In this document: positions 47,349-56,819 of the stretch, in pieces
How positions within the stretch are numbered: position 1 is the stretch's first letter
Layout: the number at the start of each line of letters is the position of its first letter
From: an uncultured Pseudomonadales bacterium
GTDB taxonomy: Bacteria > Patescibacteriota > Microgenomatia > UBA1400 > MFAQ01
Assembly: GCA_964513845.1 (NCBI GenBank)
Contig: CAZENT010000002.1
Coordinates: 75,916-139,915, forward strand
Direction: 5' to 3'
DNA: 64,000 nucleotides
Notes under the pieces: generated by a model
What the model was told of the DNA's origin: nothing
The model's database searches: none
The model's input: only the letters and a program-made list of their open reading frames with translations
Position numbers and translations under genes: made by a program

Positions 47349-48042
47349 ACTTGAAATCCGCACCCAAAATAACCATCAAATCCGTGTTGTCAGGAATTGT
47401 TTCTGCCGACTGGGTGGCCACTTGTCCGCCGACCAGCTGAGCCAGTTGAATTGCTTGATTCCCCCATTTTCCGGTCAGGTCAACCACCAGCGTCTTCTGG
47501 TAGTCCACGGTTTTAGCCGTCGACTTTGTTGTCACCAAAATTCCCAAGACTTTTTTATCAATAATTCTTTGTTCCAAGACTGACGTTGCTCCAGGTATCT
47601 TTGATCCGTTTACCAGGGCAACTTTCAAAGGATTTTTTACATCTGTTCCCGTAATCACGATCGAACCGTCCCCCACATTTACCGGCACCACATCCACAAT
47701 TACATTCTTACTCGGATTATAAATATATGCCTTCTGAGCTAAGGAATAGATCAAGATCTTGTCATCATTTTCAGCCTTGGCAAACAATGGCTGGTCTTTT
47801 AGCTGTTCTTTGTCAGTCACGGTAGCTAGTACCGGCTCCTCACCTTCCGGCAGTATAGCCAGTTTCCCCACAAGCTCAACCACTTTTTGTGTTTCTTCTT
47901 TCGTTAATTTTGTTGGATCCTCTCTTAGTCCTTGTATCTCTGTTCTTAGTTGTCTGTTTTCTTTCGACAGTTTATACATTCCCCCAACTACTCCAAAAAA
48001 TAATAACAACACTATTCCCAAGATAGCTTTTCTTTTATCCAT
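47347..48042 (-). CDS. LytR_C-domain membrane-anchored protein
   Basis: N-terminal TM, coiled segment, and C-terminal VALVNGSKIPGATSVLEQRI...TLVVDL resembling the LytR C-terminal attenuator domain. Confidence 0.5.
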   Translation of the reverse strand: MDKRKAILGIVLLLFFGVVGGMYKLSKENRQLRTEIQGLREDPTKLTKEETQKVVELVGKLAILPEGEEPVLATVTDKEQLKDQPLFAKAENDDKILIYSLAQKAYIYNPSKNVIVDVVPVNVGDGSIVITGTDVKNPLKVALVNGSKIPGATSVLEQRIIDKKVLGILVTTKSTAKTVDYQKTLVVDLTGKWGNQAIQLAQLVGGQVATQSAETIPDNTDLMVILGADFK

Positions 48043-48086
48043 AATTGTAACTAATTTAACAAATATATAACAATTTTACAAGCATT

Positions 48087-51000
48087 TTACAAATCTCCGC
48101 TCTTGCTAGCCTCTTCCGTAGGCGTAATTTCTGGTATTGAAGTTGGTGTAGGCACTACAATCGCCGCGGGCGTTGCTTCCGGTATTTCTGGTGTAGTTTC
48201 AGGAGAAATCGATACAACAGGCTCAGGGGTACTTTCAGGAGCCTGTGTTGGTGTTGTGGTTATCACAACTCCCCCGTCCCCCTCAAACACGCTCGTTCCC
48301 GAAACTGCGAGAGCCATCCAGGCAAACCGCAGATCCATTCCAACTCCTCTACTCATGCGAATCATAAATCCTCTGGTATTTACGTCCGCAATCGCATATC
48401 CGGGAACATCCGCGACTGAAGCTCCTCCGGCGATCTGTACTGTAGCCGTCACCACAGGTTCTGTCGCATACTCTCTCGCAAACAAAACCTCCACTTCACT
48501 TCCGCCGGCTTTGATGGTCGCAAATCCAGCTGTGTCTTTATTGAACGTCGGTCGTCCGGCAAAGTTTACATCTCCTCTAAATACCACCTTTCCCAAGAAC
48601 TCCACCATGTTCATAAACACTTCAGCAATCTTGCTTGAAATAATCTCCAGTATATTTGTCTCAGTCAATATTTCCTGCACCTCTCCGGCACTTGTGGCCA
48701 CGCCGGCTACCTGATCCGATAACAAGCTCAGTTTCCTGGTCAAAATATCCACCCCTTCTATTCTATTGGCCTTAATTGTGTCGGCATACAAGATTCCGGA
48801 GAAAGTCGCCTCTCCTTTCACTAGTAAGTTTTCCGTCGTTATTTTTGGCGTAATTATTTCCAGTCCAGCGACCACTCTGTCCGTAAATATTTCCGATATA
48901 TTTGTTGAGTCGGTGTTGATCTGATCTTTTTGCAGAATTATATTTGTCAAAACATCAAAGCTATATGTACCGCTCGTTTGATCAAGACCGCTCATCACTT
49001 CGGCGAGAGTTGCTCCATTACTTCCCCCATTCTTGATGAAGGCCAAAACGGTTCCTGCTTCATCTCCAGAATAATTTGTCATCGCTTGGGCAATTACAGA
49101 ACCAGCCTTACTTGCTTTCATGGCCACTCCAGGTGTAGAAGAGCTTGTCAGCAGATCACCAGCCTTGATATCACCATTTTCTGTGTTTACTTTCACTGGC
49201 ACTCTCCCGGACAATGCCACAGGTATCGCTTTTACTCCCTCACCATTGGAGCCTCCAATCACCATCCCCGGCCAGGTTGACACTACCCCAAACAGGGCTC
49301 GGTCGTATTTTTCCGAACTCTTCTTTACCCCAACAGACAGAAGTGGGTCTAAAGATACTAAGTCACCGGCCTGTAAACTTTCATCACTCGTCGAGTATAT
49401 TTCAGCTAGATCGGCTCCGTTGTCTACCACCATAGCCATAAAAGAATACAGTCTAACATCGGAATCAACCGCACTGGTAATCGAACAAAGTCTGTACGTA
49501 ACAGCGGTTGTTCCAGGATCCACATCAATATCCGCTAATTCAAAGGCACCAATGGTTACTCCATTTGCAGAAGTAATGGCAATAGTATTTGTTTCCAAAA
49601 CTGTCGAATCAGCGCACGTTGTTCCTCCTTTTTCAACAGTAAAAGTAATCGTATGGTTTGTATTATTTCCACTTACTATCTCCATTAGCCCTCGTACATA
49701 GACATCCCCGGTTGTTGTCGAAGGTGTTACCGACAAAGTTGCAATCTGGGTTTCCGCAGTTGTTACATTTGTCAAAGCCTCAGAAGTGTCATATGTAGCA
49801 AAAGCTTGGGCATCTGCTCCATTATCAAGCTGTTCCCAAGTATTCGCCGAAGTACAGGCTTTTACAGTGTTATCTGTGTCATTAAAATATATTTCGCCGG
49901 CATTACACGTCGCCGGATCACCCGTGCTTCCTTTGTCTGATAATCGAAGCGTGGCATAAGTACCCTTGTCTACCACACTTAATAAAGTATTTGTTCCGTC
50001 GGTAAAGGATAAGGTTCCTGTGTTTCCGACAGATATCGTAGGGGTTGTGCTGGTCAGAGATATGTTTCCCGATGTTGTAAGAGTACCTGCAGTACTGAGA
50101 GACCAAGTAGTTCCGCCTGTTAGGGATAGAGTTGTCCCAGAAGTTGCACTTCCAATCGTAATCGCCTTCGCGTTCGCCCCAGTCCCAACGCTTACAGCTC
50201 CGGTCGTTCCAGAATCAAGTGTAACTGTTCCGGTTGTTCCGGTTTTCAAAGATAAATTCCCTGTTGTTCCTGTCATTAATGTAATTCCGCCCGTCCCGGA
50301 ATTGATCGTCACAGATGTTGTTGTATCCGAATTACCCAAAGAAATTGCCTTTGCCGAAGCTCCGGTACCAATATTAAGTGTCATTGCTCCAGTTCCAGTA
50401 AACAAATTGGCTGTCCCTGTTTGCGCCGAGCCGCCCATAGTAAACGTACCTGTTGTCGTTGAACTTCCAAATGAATAAGTCGTTCCCCCGGCTCCATCTA
50501 ATACAACATTCCCTGTTCCGGCATACATATTTAATGCCCCCGTCCCTGTCGCACTGCCAATTGTGATTGTCTTTCCTGTCGCACTGTTGCCGATGTTTAT
50601 TGCCCCTGCACCGGAATCTACCGTCACTGCCTGGGCCAAGGTTGCATTTCCAATAGTCACACCACCCGCTGCGGTTGTGTCGATAATTGGATAGGTTCTG
50701 GCAAACACTCCCAAAGGAGCGGCGGTCGAACTTGATAATGTTCTCGCATTTAAAATATATGATCCAACACCTATCGAAGCTGTCGTTTCTCCAAAAGTAA
50801 AGGCTGTTTTTGCAGCTGTGCTTAGAGCCCAGTTCCATGTTTGGGCATTTTCACCGTTCGCGATACTACTGGCTCCAATTGCTGCCGTAATTCCATCGAG
50901 ACTGGTGCCGCTCGAATTACATGCCCAAGCACTTCCGTTCCATTTTAGAATTTCTCCTGAGTTACATGTTGTCAAAAGTGATAGCCCGCTGTTGTTTACC

Positions 51001-53483
51001 AGTCCTCCATTTGCAGAAAGTTGCACTGCTGATCCAGATACTTTATTCGCAGTCGAAATAGTTGCCAAACTACTGTCAGCAATATTCGAAATAGTATTTA
51101 AACTAGCATCAATTGTTTTATTGGTCAAAGCCTGTGAAGCGTCGGTTAGCACCACTTTTGTTCCTGTGCGCACTCTGGCAATCCCCCCTGTTTGATCAGA
51201 AACAACAAACTCATCAGACGATGTCGATGCTGGACCAAACTGCAACGTTGTCACCGAACCAACAGATGGAGAACCATCAGACTCGGTTATTGTTACTGAT
51301 CCGCCACCTGTACTGTCTGCTTGGCAAGTCCAGCCAGACACGGCCGTCCACTTCAATACCCGATTATCACTACAAGTACGGATTAAAGATAATCCTGTAC
51401 CATCAGAAAGCAAACCGCCATCTGTATACACCGAAGGGGTTCCACCCGTACTGTCTGCAGCGCAAGCCCAGGCACTGCCATTCCATTTCAAAATTTGATT
51501 TGAAGAACAAGAAGTCAGTAAGGTTAATCCTGAGCTGTTACTAATTCCTCCATTAGCATTTAATTGCACAGCCGACCCGGATACTTTATTAGCTGTTGTA
51601 ATCGTAGCCAGATTTGCATCCGTTATTCCGGCCGTTCCTGATAAATTTGAGTTTGTTAGTCCTGTGATGGTATTGCTCCCGGCATCAAGCGTTTTTCCAC
51701 TCAAAGTCTGACTTTGGTTTTTAAATACAAACTCATCAGAAGCCGTTAAGGCCGGAATCGTTGCCACCCTGCTGGCACTTGGAGCTGTAGAGGTAATTGT
51801 TGTGGTATTCGTTGTTCCCAGAACGAGTTGATTATTTACTCTGGTCAGCGTCAGAGAATTAAATGTGGGCGCTGCTGTCGAATCAATGTTTTGTACCGTG
51901 TTAACCGCTCCGGAAACAACACTGAAGTTTGTCGAGTTAAAACTCGCTGCTCCTTTTACCGTCGTCGAGGCATCCGCCATACCGATCGTCACTGTTCCCC
52001 CCAAAGATACTGGTGACCCAGATATTGATACTCCACTTCCAGCTGACACATAAATACTACTATTTGACAACTGAGCATTGGTAATTCCCGCAGACGCCGA
52101 CAAGGCGCTAGATGTCAAACCGGAAATGGCCGTACTCGTTACTCCACTCACCCTACCATTTGCATCCGTTGTTAAAACTGGAATATCGGTTGATGAACCG
52201 TATGTTCCCGCAGTACCCAAAGCAGGCAACACTCCGGCAATATCTATCGAAGTTCCTGAAGCAGTCACCGTATTAAATCCCGAACCCGTAATCGACAAAG
52301 CTCCTGTTAGAGAGTTTAAACTCGAAAGTCCCGTCCCAACTCCGCCGACCGATTTACACTCCCAAGAATCACTGTCCCAAGCCAATACCTGATCTACAGA
52401 GCAGGTGGTCAACAAAGTTAGTCCTGATCCATGTGTCAAACCTCCGCCGGATTTTAGTTCTACCGCCGTTCCAGCCACCTTTCCGGAAGATGTAATCGTG
52501 GCCAACTTCCCATCAGAAATTGATGCGCTTCCAGATATGTCAGCGTCAGCAATTGTTCCGTCGGCAATTTTCGCCCCTGTCAAAGCAGAATCAACAATTT
52601 TTGCTGTTGTTACTGATAAATCGGACAGTTTAGTTGTTGTCACCGCACTATCACCAATTTTTAAATTAGTAATCGAACCATTTACTATCTGTGCATCTCC
52701 GACTACTCCGCTATTGATAATGGCTAAGCCGGTAATCGGATCGATTGTCACAGCTCCCGAAATTGGCGTTGGTGTTGGCACCGGAATTACTCCAGGTAAA
52801 GACAGAGCTTGTTTTTCCTGAACTTGACTCAACCATTTCACCGCCTCTTTTCCAATAATGGCGCTTGCTGTATCAACTTCACGTAAAGACGGACTTATCT
52901 GAATATTTTTAAATTGTCCCCGAGTATCAAAAGTACCCAATATCCGAGAATTATCTTTCAAACTCCACAACTCGGTATCACCCACCAACCTTCCCCCGCT
53001 TACCCTTCCATTAATTATTTTTACAGGAAAAGTAGAACCGTCCGACAAAGTAATCCCCGTTACTCCATGGAAAACAACCTGGTCTGTTTCTACCACTCGG
53101 TTATTGCTGTCATATAGATCTATCATTCCATTTACCTCTTGAGTCAATTTTGCCTCACCGTTTTGGTAAACCAGTTCGGAATACCCCAATGCTTTATCAT
53201 TTTCGATTGTAGAGTTTTGAATTTGAACAAAGGCATACTCGCCTCCTGCTCGGGCAATCACCAGATAAACCTTGTTCCCTAAGTTGCTTTTTGCTAACTC
53301 TTCTGTTGTTATCTCAGACACAACCTGGACAACGGTCGGTTTTTGGACGTCTTTTGACACTATCTTACCTCCACTTAATGCAAATATCACTCCTCCGGCA
53401 ACCATAGCGATAAAAAACATCAAAACCAGACGAACCACTCGGTCGTATTTTCTGCCCGTGATTAGTAATATCTCTTCTCCCAT
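48087..53483 (-). CDS. Giant (1798 aa) membrane-anchored surface protein with Thr/Ser/Gly-rich beta-rich regions and recurring Cys-pair modules
   Basis: N-terminal TM (VRLVLMFFIAMVAGGVIFALSGG). At least four repeats of LLTxCSxxQILKWNGSAWAC..DSTGG. Long T/S/G/N-rich stretches. C-terminal Pro/Thr-rich tail (TPTQAPESTPEPVV...). Confidence 0.8.
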   Translation of the reverse strand: MGEEILLITGRKYDRVVRLVLMFFIAMVAGGVIFALSGGKIVSKDVQKPTVVQVVSEITTEELAKSNLGNKVYLVIARAGGEYAFVQIQNSTIENDKALGYSELVYQNGEAKLTQEVNGMIDLYDSNNRVVETDQVVFHGVTGITLSDGSTFPVKIINGRVSGGRLVGDTELWSLKDNSRILGTFDTRGQFKNIQISPSLREVDTASAIIGKEAVKWLSQVQEKQALSLPGVIPVPTPTPISGAVTIDPITGLAIINSGVVGDAQIVNGSITNLKIGDSAVTTTKLSDLSVTTAKIVDSALTGAKIADGTIADADISGSASISDGKLATITSSGKVAGTAVELKSGGGLTHGSGLTLLTTCSVDQVLAWDSDSWECKSVGGVGTGLSSLNSLTGALSITGSGFNTVTASGTSIDIAGVLPALGTAGTYGSSTDIPVLTTDANGRVSGVTSTAISGLTSSALSASAGITNAQLSNSSIYVSAGSGVSISGSPVSLGGTVTIGMADASTTVKGAASFNSTNFSVVSGAVNTVQNIDSTAAPTFNSLTLTRVNNQLVLGTTNTTTITSTAPSASRVATIPALTASDEFVFKNQSQTLSGKTLDAGSNTITGLTNSNLSGTAGITDANLATITTANKVSGSAVQLNANGGISNSSGLTLLTSCSSNQILKWNGSAWACAADSTGGTPSVYTDGGLLSDGTGLSLIRTCSDNRVLKWTAVSGWTCQADSTGGGSVTITESDGSPSVGSVTTLQFGPASTSSDEFVVSDQTGGIARVRTGTKVVLTDASQALTNKTIDASLNTISNIADSSLATISTANKVSGSAVQLSANGGLVNNSGLSLLTTCNSGEILKWNGSAWACNSSGTSLDGITAAIGASSIANGENAQTWNWALSTAAKTAFTFGETTASIGVGSYILNARTLSSSTAAPLGVFARTYPIIDTTAAGGVTIGNATLAQAVTVDSGAGAINIGNSATGKTITIGSATGTGALNMYAGTGNVVLDGAGGTTYSFGSSTTTGTFTMGGSAQTGTANLFTGTGAMTLNIGTGASAKAISLGNSDTTTSVTINSGTGGITLMTGTTGNLSLKTGTTGTVTLDSGTTGAVSVGTGANAKAITIGSATSGTTLSLTGGTTWSLSTAGTLTTSGNISLTSTTPTISVGNTGTLSFTDGTNTLLSVVDKGTYATLRLSDKGSTGDPATCNAGEIYFNDTDNTVKACTSANTWEQLDNGADAQAFATYDTSEALTNVTTAETQIATLSVTPSTTTGDVYVRGLMEIVSGNNTNHTITFTVEKGGTTCADSTVLETNTIAITSANGVTIGAFELADIDVDPGTTAVTYRLCSITSAVDSDVRLYSFMAMVVDNGADLAEIYSTSDESLQAGDLVSLDPLLSVGVKKSSEKYDRALFGVVSTWPGMVIGGSNGEGVKAIPVALSGRVPVKVNTENGDIKAGDLLTSSSTPGVAMKASKAGSVIAQAMTNYSGDEAGTVLAFIKNGGSNGATLAEVMSGLDQTSGTYSFDVLTNIILQKDQINTDSTNISEIFTDRVVAGLEIITPKITTENLLVKGEATFSGILYADTIKANRIEGVDILTRKLSLLSDQVAGVATSAGEVQEILTETNILEIISSKIAEVFMNMVEFLGKVVFRGDVNFAGRPTFNKDTAGFATIKAGGSEVEVLFAREYATEPVVTATVQIAGGASVADVPGYAIADVNTRGFMIRMSRGVGMDLRFAWMALAVSGTSVFEGDGGVVITTTPTQAPESTPEPVVSISPETTPEIPEATPAAIVVPTPTSIPEITPTEEASKSGDL

Positions 53484-53591
53484 TTCAATTAATTTTTTTC
53501 TGGCCTTGTGTTTTTAATATAAATATAGGAAATCAAAACAATCACTCCCACGATTAATAACAAATAAAACATCCAAGCAAGCCAAGAATAA

Positions 53592-55052
53592 CTAACATCC
53601 AGAGCTTTTTGAAACAGTAGTAAAAAAGTTGTTCGATGAAAAATCTGAACCGCTAAATATACTTGAGGAGGGGTAGTTCGCCAACGAAACGCCCTCAGTA
53701 TCAATAATTCCTGCGATAGCCACGTCAGTTTTTCCTAATGATAAAAATTTCAACTGGTTAGTCAACTCCTCTGTTCTCCCTTTCGCTAGCGCATCCACAA
53801 AACTCGCGTTTGTCGCCAAATAATTAGCTCCTTTTTCCAAATCAGTTAAAGTATTTGCAATTTGTACTTTTGCCAAATCTGCTTTATCTACCAGCACTCG
53901 GTTTGTATTACTTACCAGAACTCCCTGTATCATCGCAATGAAAATAATAAACATTCCAAAAGACATAAGGATTGCTCCAAACAATTTAAAAACTAAAGGA
54001 CGATCTGTTATCGCTTTTGCTTTAAACGCCTGCCAGTACGGCAGCATTAATCCAATTAATCCAGCAATTAAAAACGAAAAGGATCTGGTCCAGAAATTTC
54101 TTGCTCCATACAACAGTGCTAGAACACACAATAAAAATCCATAAACAAACAAAACACTATTTAGAAATTTCTTGTTTGCAATAAAGCTATAAAGACCAGC
54201 TGCCAACAATATAATCAGTAATAGACTTACGATCCAGACGTTACTGCCAAAAAACGGCCTCAGGTCGGTTGATAACAAAGACAGGCTTGAGTTATCAGGA
54301 ATAAAGTTTAAAACAACAAATACACTAATTAGTAATCCAAATATATACATCATGTACAGTATCGCCGAGTCTATATTGCTTGACGCCTCAATTAAAATAA
54401 TCAAGCCAAACAGACCGTGAATCAAAAATCCATCCGTCTCTCCCCCGAGCAGTAATATCACCGAAAGACCTAAAAAGGTCATACCTAAAAAGTATCTGAA
54501 ATAGTTTGTAAAATTTGAAAAACGTCCAATCTCTCCCTGAATCATTGAGGACAATATCAACCCAAAACCTCCAAAAATCATTCCCAAGCGAACCGGATTT
54601 AACCACAACGACAAACTTCCAACAGAAAGTACATCCAGCTGACCTGAGTACAAAAACAACGACACTCCAATAATAATTGAGCTCAAACTCGTTAACCAAT
54701 CAAAAAGTTTGGGCAGTCCAACTCGTTCTTCAAACCACAGTTTTAATGTGTGAATCACGGGCTCTCCCCCAAGATCGGCCAAGCTCATTCCCGGCCTAGG
54801 CGCTGGCAAAAGCACACTTTGCGGTATCGTATCGGCTGTGTTGCTTTTTTGCTCTGGTTCTTTTCTTGGTTTGAGTTTAGAAGTGTTTTTATTAGGCTCA
54901 GTAAATTTTGCAATTTCCTTTTCTGGGATACGAAATTTCCCGTTTCCAATTCTTTCCGCCTTTATCAAACCTTCTTTTAGAAAACCATAAATACTATTAC
55001 TCGAATATCCAAGCATCTTTGCAACTTCACTTACGGAGTAGTTCTTATTCAT
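53592..55052 (-). CDS. HTH (MerR/excisionase-type)-polytopic membrane-periplasmic domain protein
   Basis: N-terminal YSVSEVAKMLGYSSNSIYGFLKEGLIKAERIGNGKFRIP helix-turn-helix, about 10 TM helices, C-terminal soluble domain. Confidence 0.55.
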   Translation of the reverse strand: MNKNYSVSEVAKMLGYSSNSIYGFLKEGLIKAERIGNGKFRIPEKEIAKFTEPNKNTSKLKPRKEPEQKSNTADTIPQSVLLPAPRPGMSLADLGGEPVIHTLKLWFEERVGLPKLFDWLTSLSSIIIGVSLFLYSGQLDVLSVGSLSLWLNPVRLGMIFGGFGLILSSMIQGEIGRFSNFTNYFRYFLGMTFLGLSVILLLGGETDGFLIHGLFGLIILIEASSNIDSAILYMMYIFGLLISVFVVLNFIPDNSSLSLLSTDLRPFFGSNVWIVSLLLIILLAAGLYSFIANKKFLNSVLFVYGFLLCVLALLYGARNFWTRSFSFLIAGLIGLMLPYWQAFKAKAITDRPLVFKLFGAILMSFGMFIIFIAMIQGVLVSNTNRVLVDKADLAKVQIANTLTDLEKGANYLATNASFVDALAKGRTEELTNQLKFLSLGKTDVAIAGIIDTEGVSLANYPSSSIFSGSDFSSNNFFTTVSKSSGC

Positions 55053-55057
55053 AGTTA

Positions 55058-56059
55058 TTATTTGTATATATTGTTAAGAAACTGCAAGGTGTATGCATCT
55101 GCAACATTGATTTTCTTGACTAGCAGTTTCTGTTTGAAAAGAAGGTCTTGCATTTGAGATATCGCCGTCGGATCCATAACTCCTAGCTTGTTTGAACCGG
55201 TATGAATTAATGGAATTGAGCTTGAGAGCATGTATTTTTCATGACTTCTTTTACTGTCTTTGGCATACTTCAAAGTCATATCAACCGCTTCTTCTTCATG
55301 GTCAATTGCATACTGCCATCCACTAAGAGTCGCTCTTAAAAATCTCTCGACCAAGTCCGGTTTTGATTTGATTAGCTTATCGGAGGTAAACAAAACGTCG
55401 CCATACATATTCACTCCATAATTTGCCATTAGAAATACATCGGACTTCTTTCCTGCTTGAAAAATCATGTCTGGTTCGTTTGTGATGTAACCGACAATTG
55501 CATCAACCTTACCATTAATAATTTCCGACGCATCATAACCAATTGCCACCTTCTTCACTTCACTTAGTTTGACTCCATTTCCTTCCATCATCACGTTATA
55601 CAAATACTCAATTGGGTTTCCTGTCTGAATTCCAATCTTTTTTCCGATTAAGTTTCTGGGTTCCAGTATATTTTTCCCTTGTAGAGAAACTACCGCGGCC
55701 GGATTAACTTTGTAGATTACTGCGATTGCTTTTACCGGAATCCCCTTTGCTCTTGCAAGAATTACATCGTCTGCACCACTAATTCCAAAATCTACTCTAC
55801 CTGCAGCTACCGCCTGAATAGTGTTTTCTTCAAGATTTACTGCCTGTAAATCAACATTTAGCCCCTGATCTTTATAAAAGCCTTTTTGGACAGCAACATA
55901 GTTTCCTGCAAACTGAGCCTGATGGACCCACTTTAATCTCAAGCTGACATCCTCTACGGGGCCGACATACTTAAGGCTATTGTTTTTACTTGAATAATAT
56001 AAATACACTCCCGCACTAACAACCAAAGCAATAGAAATCAACACCAATACTTTCTTCAT
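55058..56059 (-). CDS. NMT1/THI5-like (SsuA/TauA-family) periplasmic substrate-binding protein, no cognate permease/ATPase nearby
   Basis: From MKKVLVLISIALV signal/anchor. The pattern LRLKWVHQAQFAGNYVAVQKGFYKDQGLNVDLQ is typical of NMT1/SsuA binding proteins. Confidence 0.6.
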   Translation of the reverse strand: MKKVLVLISIALVVSAGVYLYYSSKNNSLKYVGPVEDVSLRLKWVHQAQFAGNYVAVQKGFYKDQGLNVDLQAVNLEENTIQAVAAGRVDFGISGADDVILARAKGIPVKAIAVIYKVNPAAVVSLQGKNILEPRNLIGKKIGIQTGNPIEYLYNVMMEGNGVKLSEVKKVAIGYDASEIINGKVDAIVGYITNEPDMIFQAGKKSDVFLMANYGVNMYGDVLFTSDKLIKSKPDLVERFLRATLSGWQYAIDHEEEAVDMTLKYAKDSKRSHEKYMLSSSIPLIHTGSNKLGVMDPTAISQMQDLLFKQKLLVKKINVADAYTLQFLNNIYK

Positions 56060-56284
56060 AAATATATAAATATGTAACAATAATTACAAGTCACTACAAT
56101 TACTCTATAGCAAATATGAGGCTCTGTCAAATCGACTTTTACACTCAAAACAGTCAATATATTTATTGAATATTTCTGTCAACCCTCTCTCAGTCCCTAC
56201 ACCACCTCAACTCGCCGGATTGCGTATGCCACCCATGGGTGTTAAAATACCTCTTGCTTCTAATAAACATATAGACACTAAAAC

Positions 56285-56458
56285 ATGGCAAAAAAAGGAC
56301 CAAGACAAAGTATGGGTTTAAAATGCTCCAAATGCGGGCATTTCAACTACATCACCGAACGCAACAAGACCAACACCCCCGAGAAACTTGTCATCAGTAA
56401 GCACTGCCGTACCTGTCGTGTGCATACCGACCACAAGGAAGTCTCAAAACTTAAGTAA
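56285..56458 (+). CDS. rpmG: 50S ribosomal protein L33 (zinc-ribbon form); 57 aa, missing from the ORF track
   Basis: MAKKGPRQSMGLKCSKCGHFNYITERNKTNTPEKLVISKHCRTCRVHTDHKEVSKLK. C4 ribbon and the characteristic TEKN..T.EKL segment of L33. Confidence 0.8.
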   Translation: MAKKGPRQSMGLKCSKCGHFNYITERNKTNTPEKLVISKHCRTCRVHTDHKEVSKLK

Positions 56459-56472
56459 TAAGGTAATTACTT

Positions 56473-56494
56473 CCAGTCCTCGGTACTCACGGGG
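56473..56494 (+). repeat. 22-nt motif CAGTCCTCGGTACTCACGGGGA, copy A, at the 5' end of a ~110-nt hairpin-rich segment ending in a T-run
   Basis: Exact match to 61908..61929. Followed by an 11-bp interrupted stem (GGUACUCACGGG/CCCUGAGUACC), an outer AGUCCU/AGGACU stem, and UUUAUUUUUU. Confidence 0.9.
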
Positions 56495-56819
56495 ACAAAG
56501 AGGTTTCCAAATTGAAATAAACAGTACTTCAACCCTGAGTACCCGGAAGGACTTAGGTGGTATTTATTTTTTATTCCCGAAACAAAAAGATCGTAGCCAT
56601 ATACCTTTTCAAAAATATTACGCACATGCGCGAAAGCACGGCTTTTTTCTTGAAAAGAAAAAATTTCGCGCCTGCAGTACAAAGACGGCTCCAACGCAGG
56701 TGGAGAACGTCTGGTTTTTGCAAAAGGTGTAAGGCGGCAGATCTTGTTGAGGTAGATAACAAATATGCGATGACCAACAAAGAATATTGACGACAAACCG
56801 TATAAAGATAAAACGATTT

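Noticed and set aside
48103-53117. Many plus-strand ORFs (48103..48714, 49120..49701, 49966..50478, 52078..52821 and others) inside the giant gene
   Set aside because: They are antisense to the 1798-aa ORF. Their Pro/Val/Ala-rich composition mirrors the Thr/Gly/Ser-rich sense strand. No independent signals.
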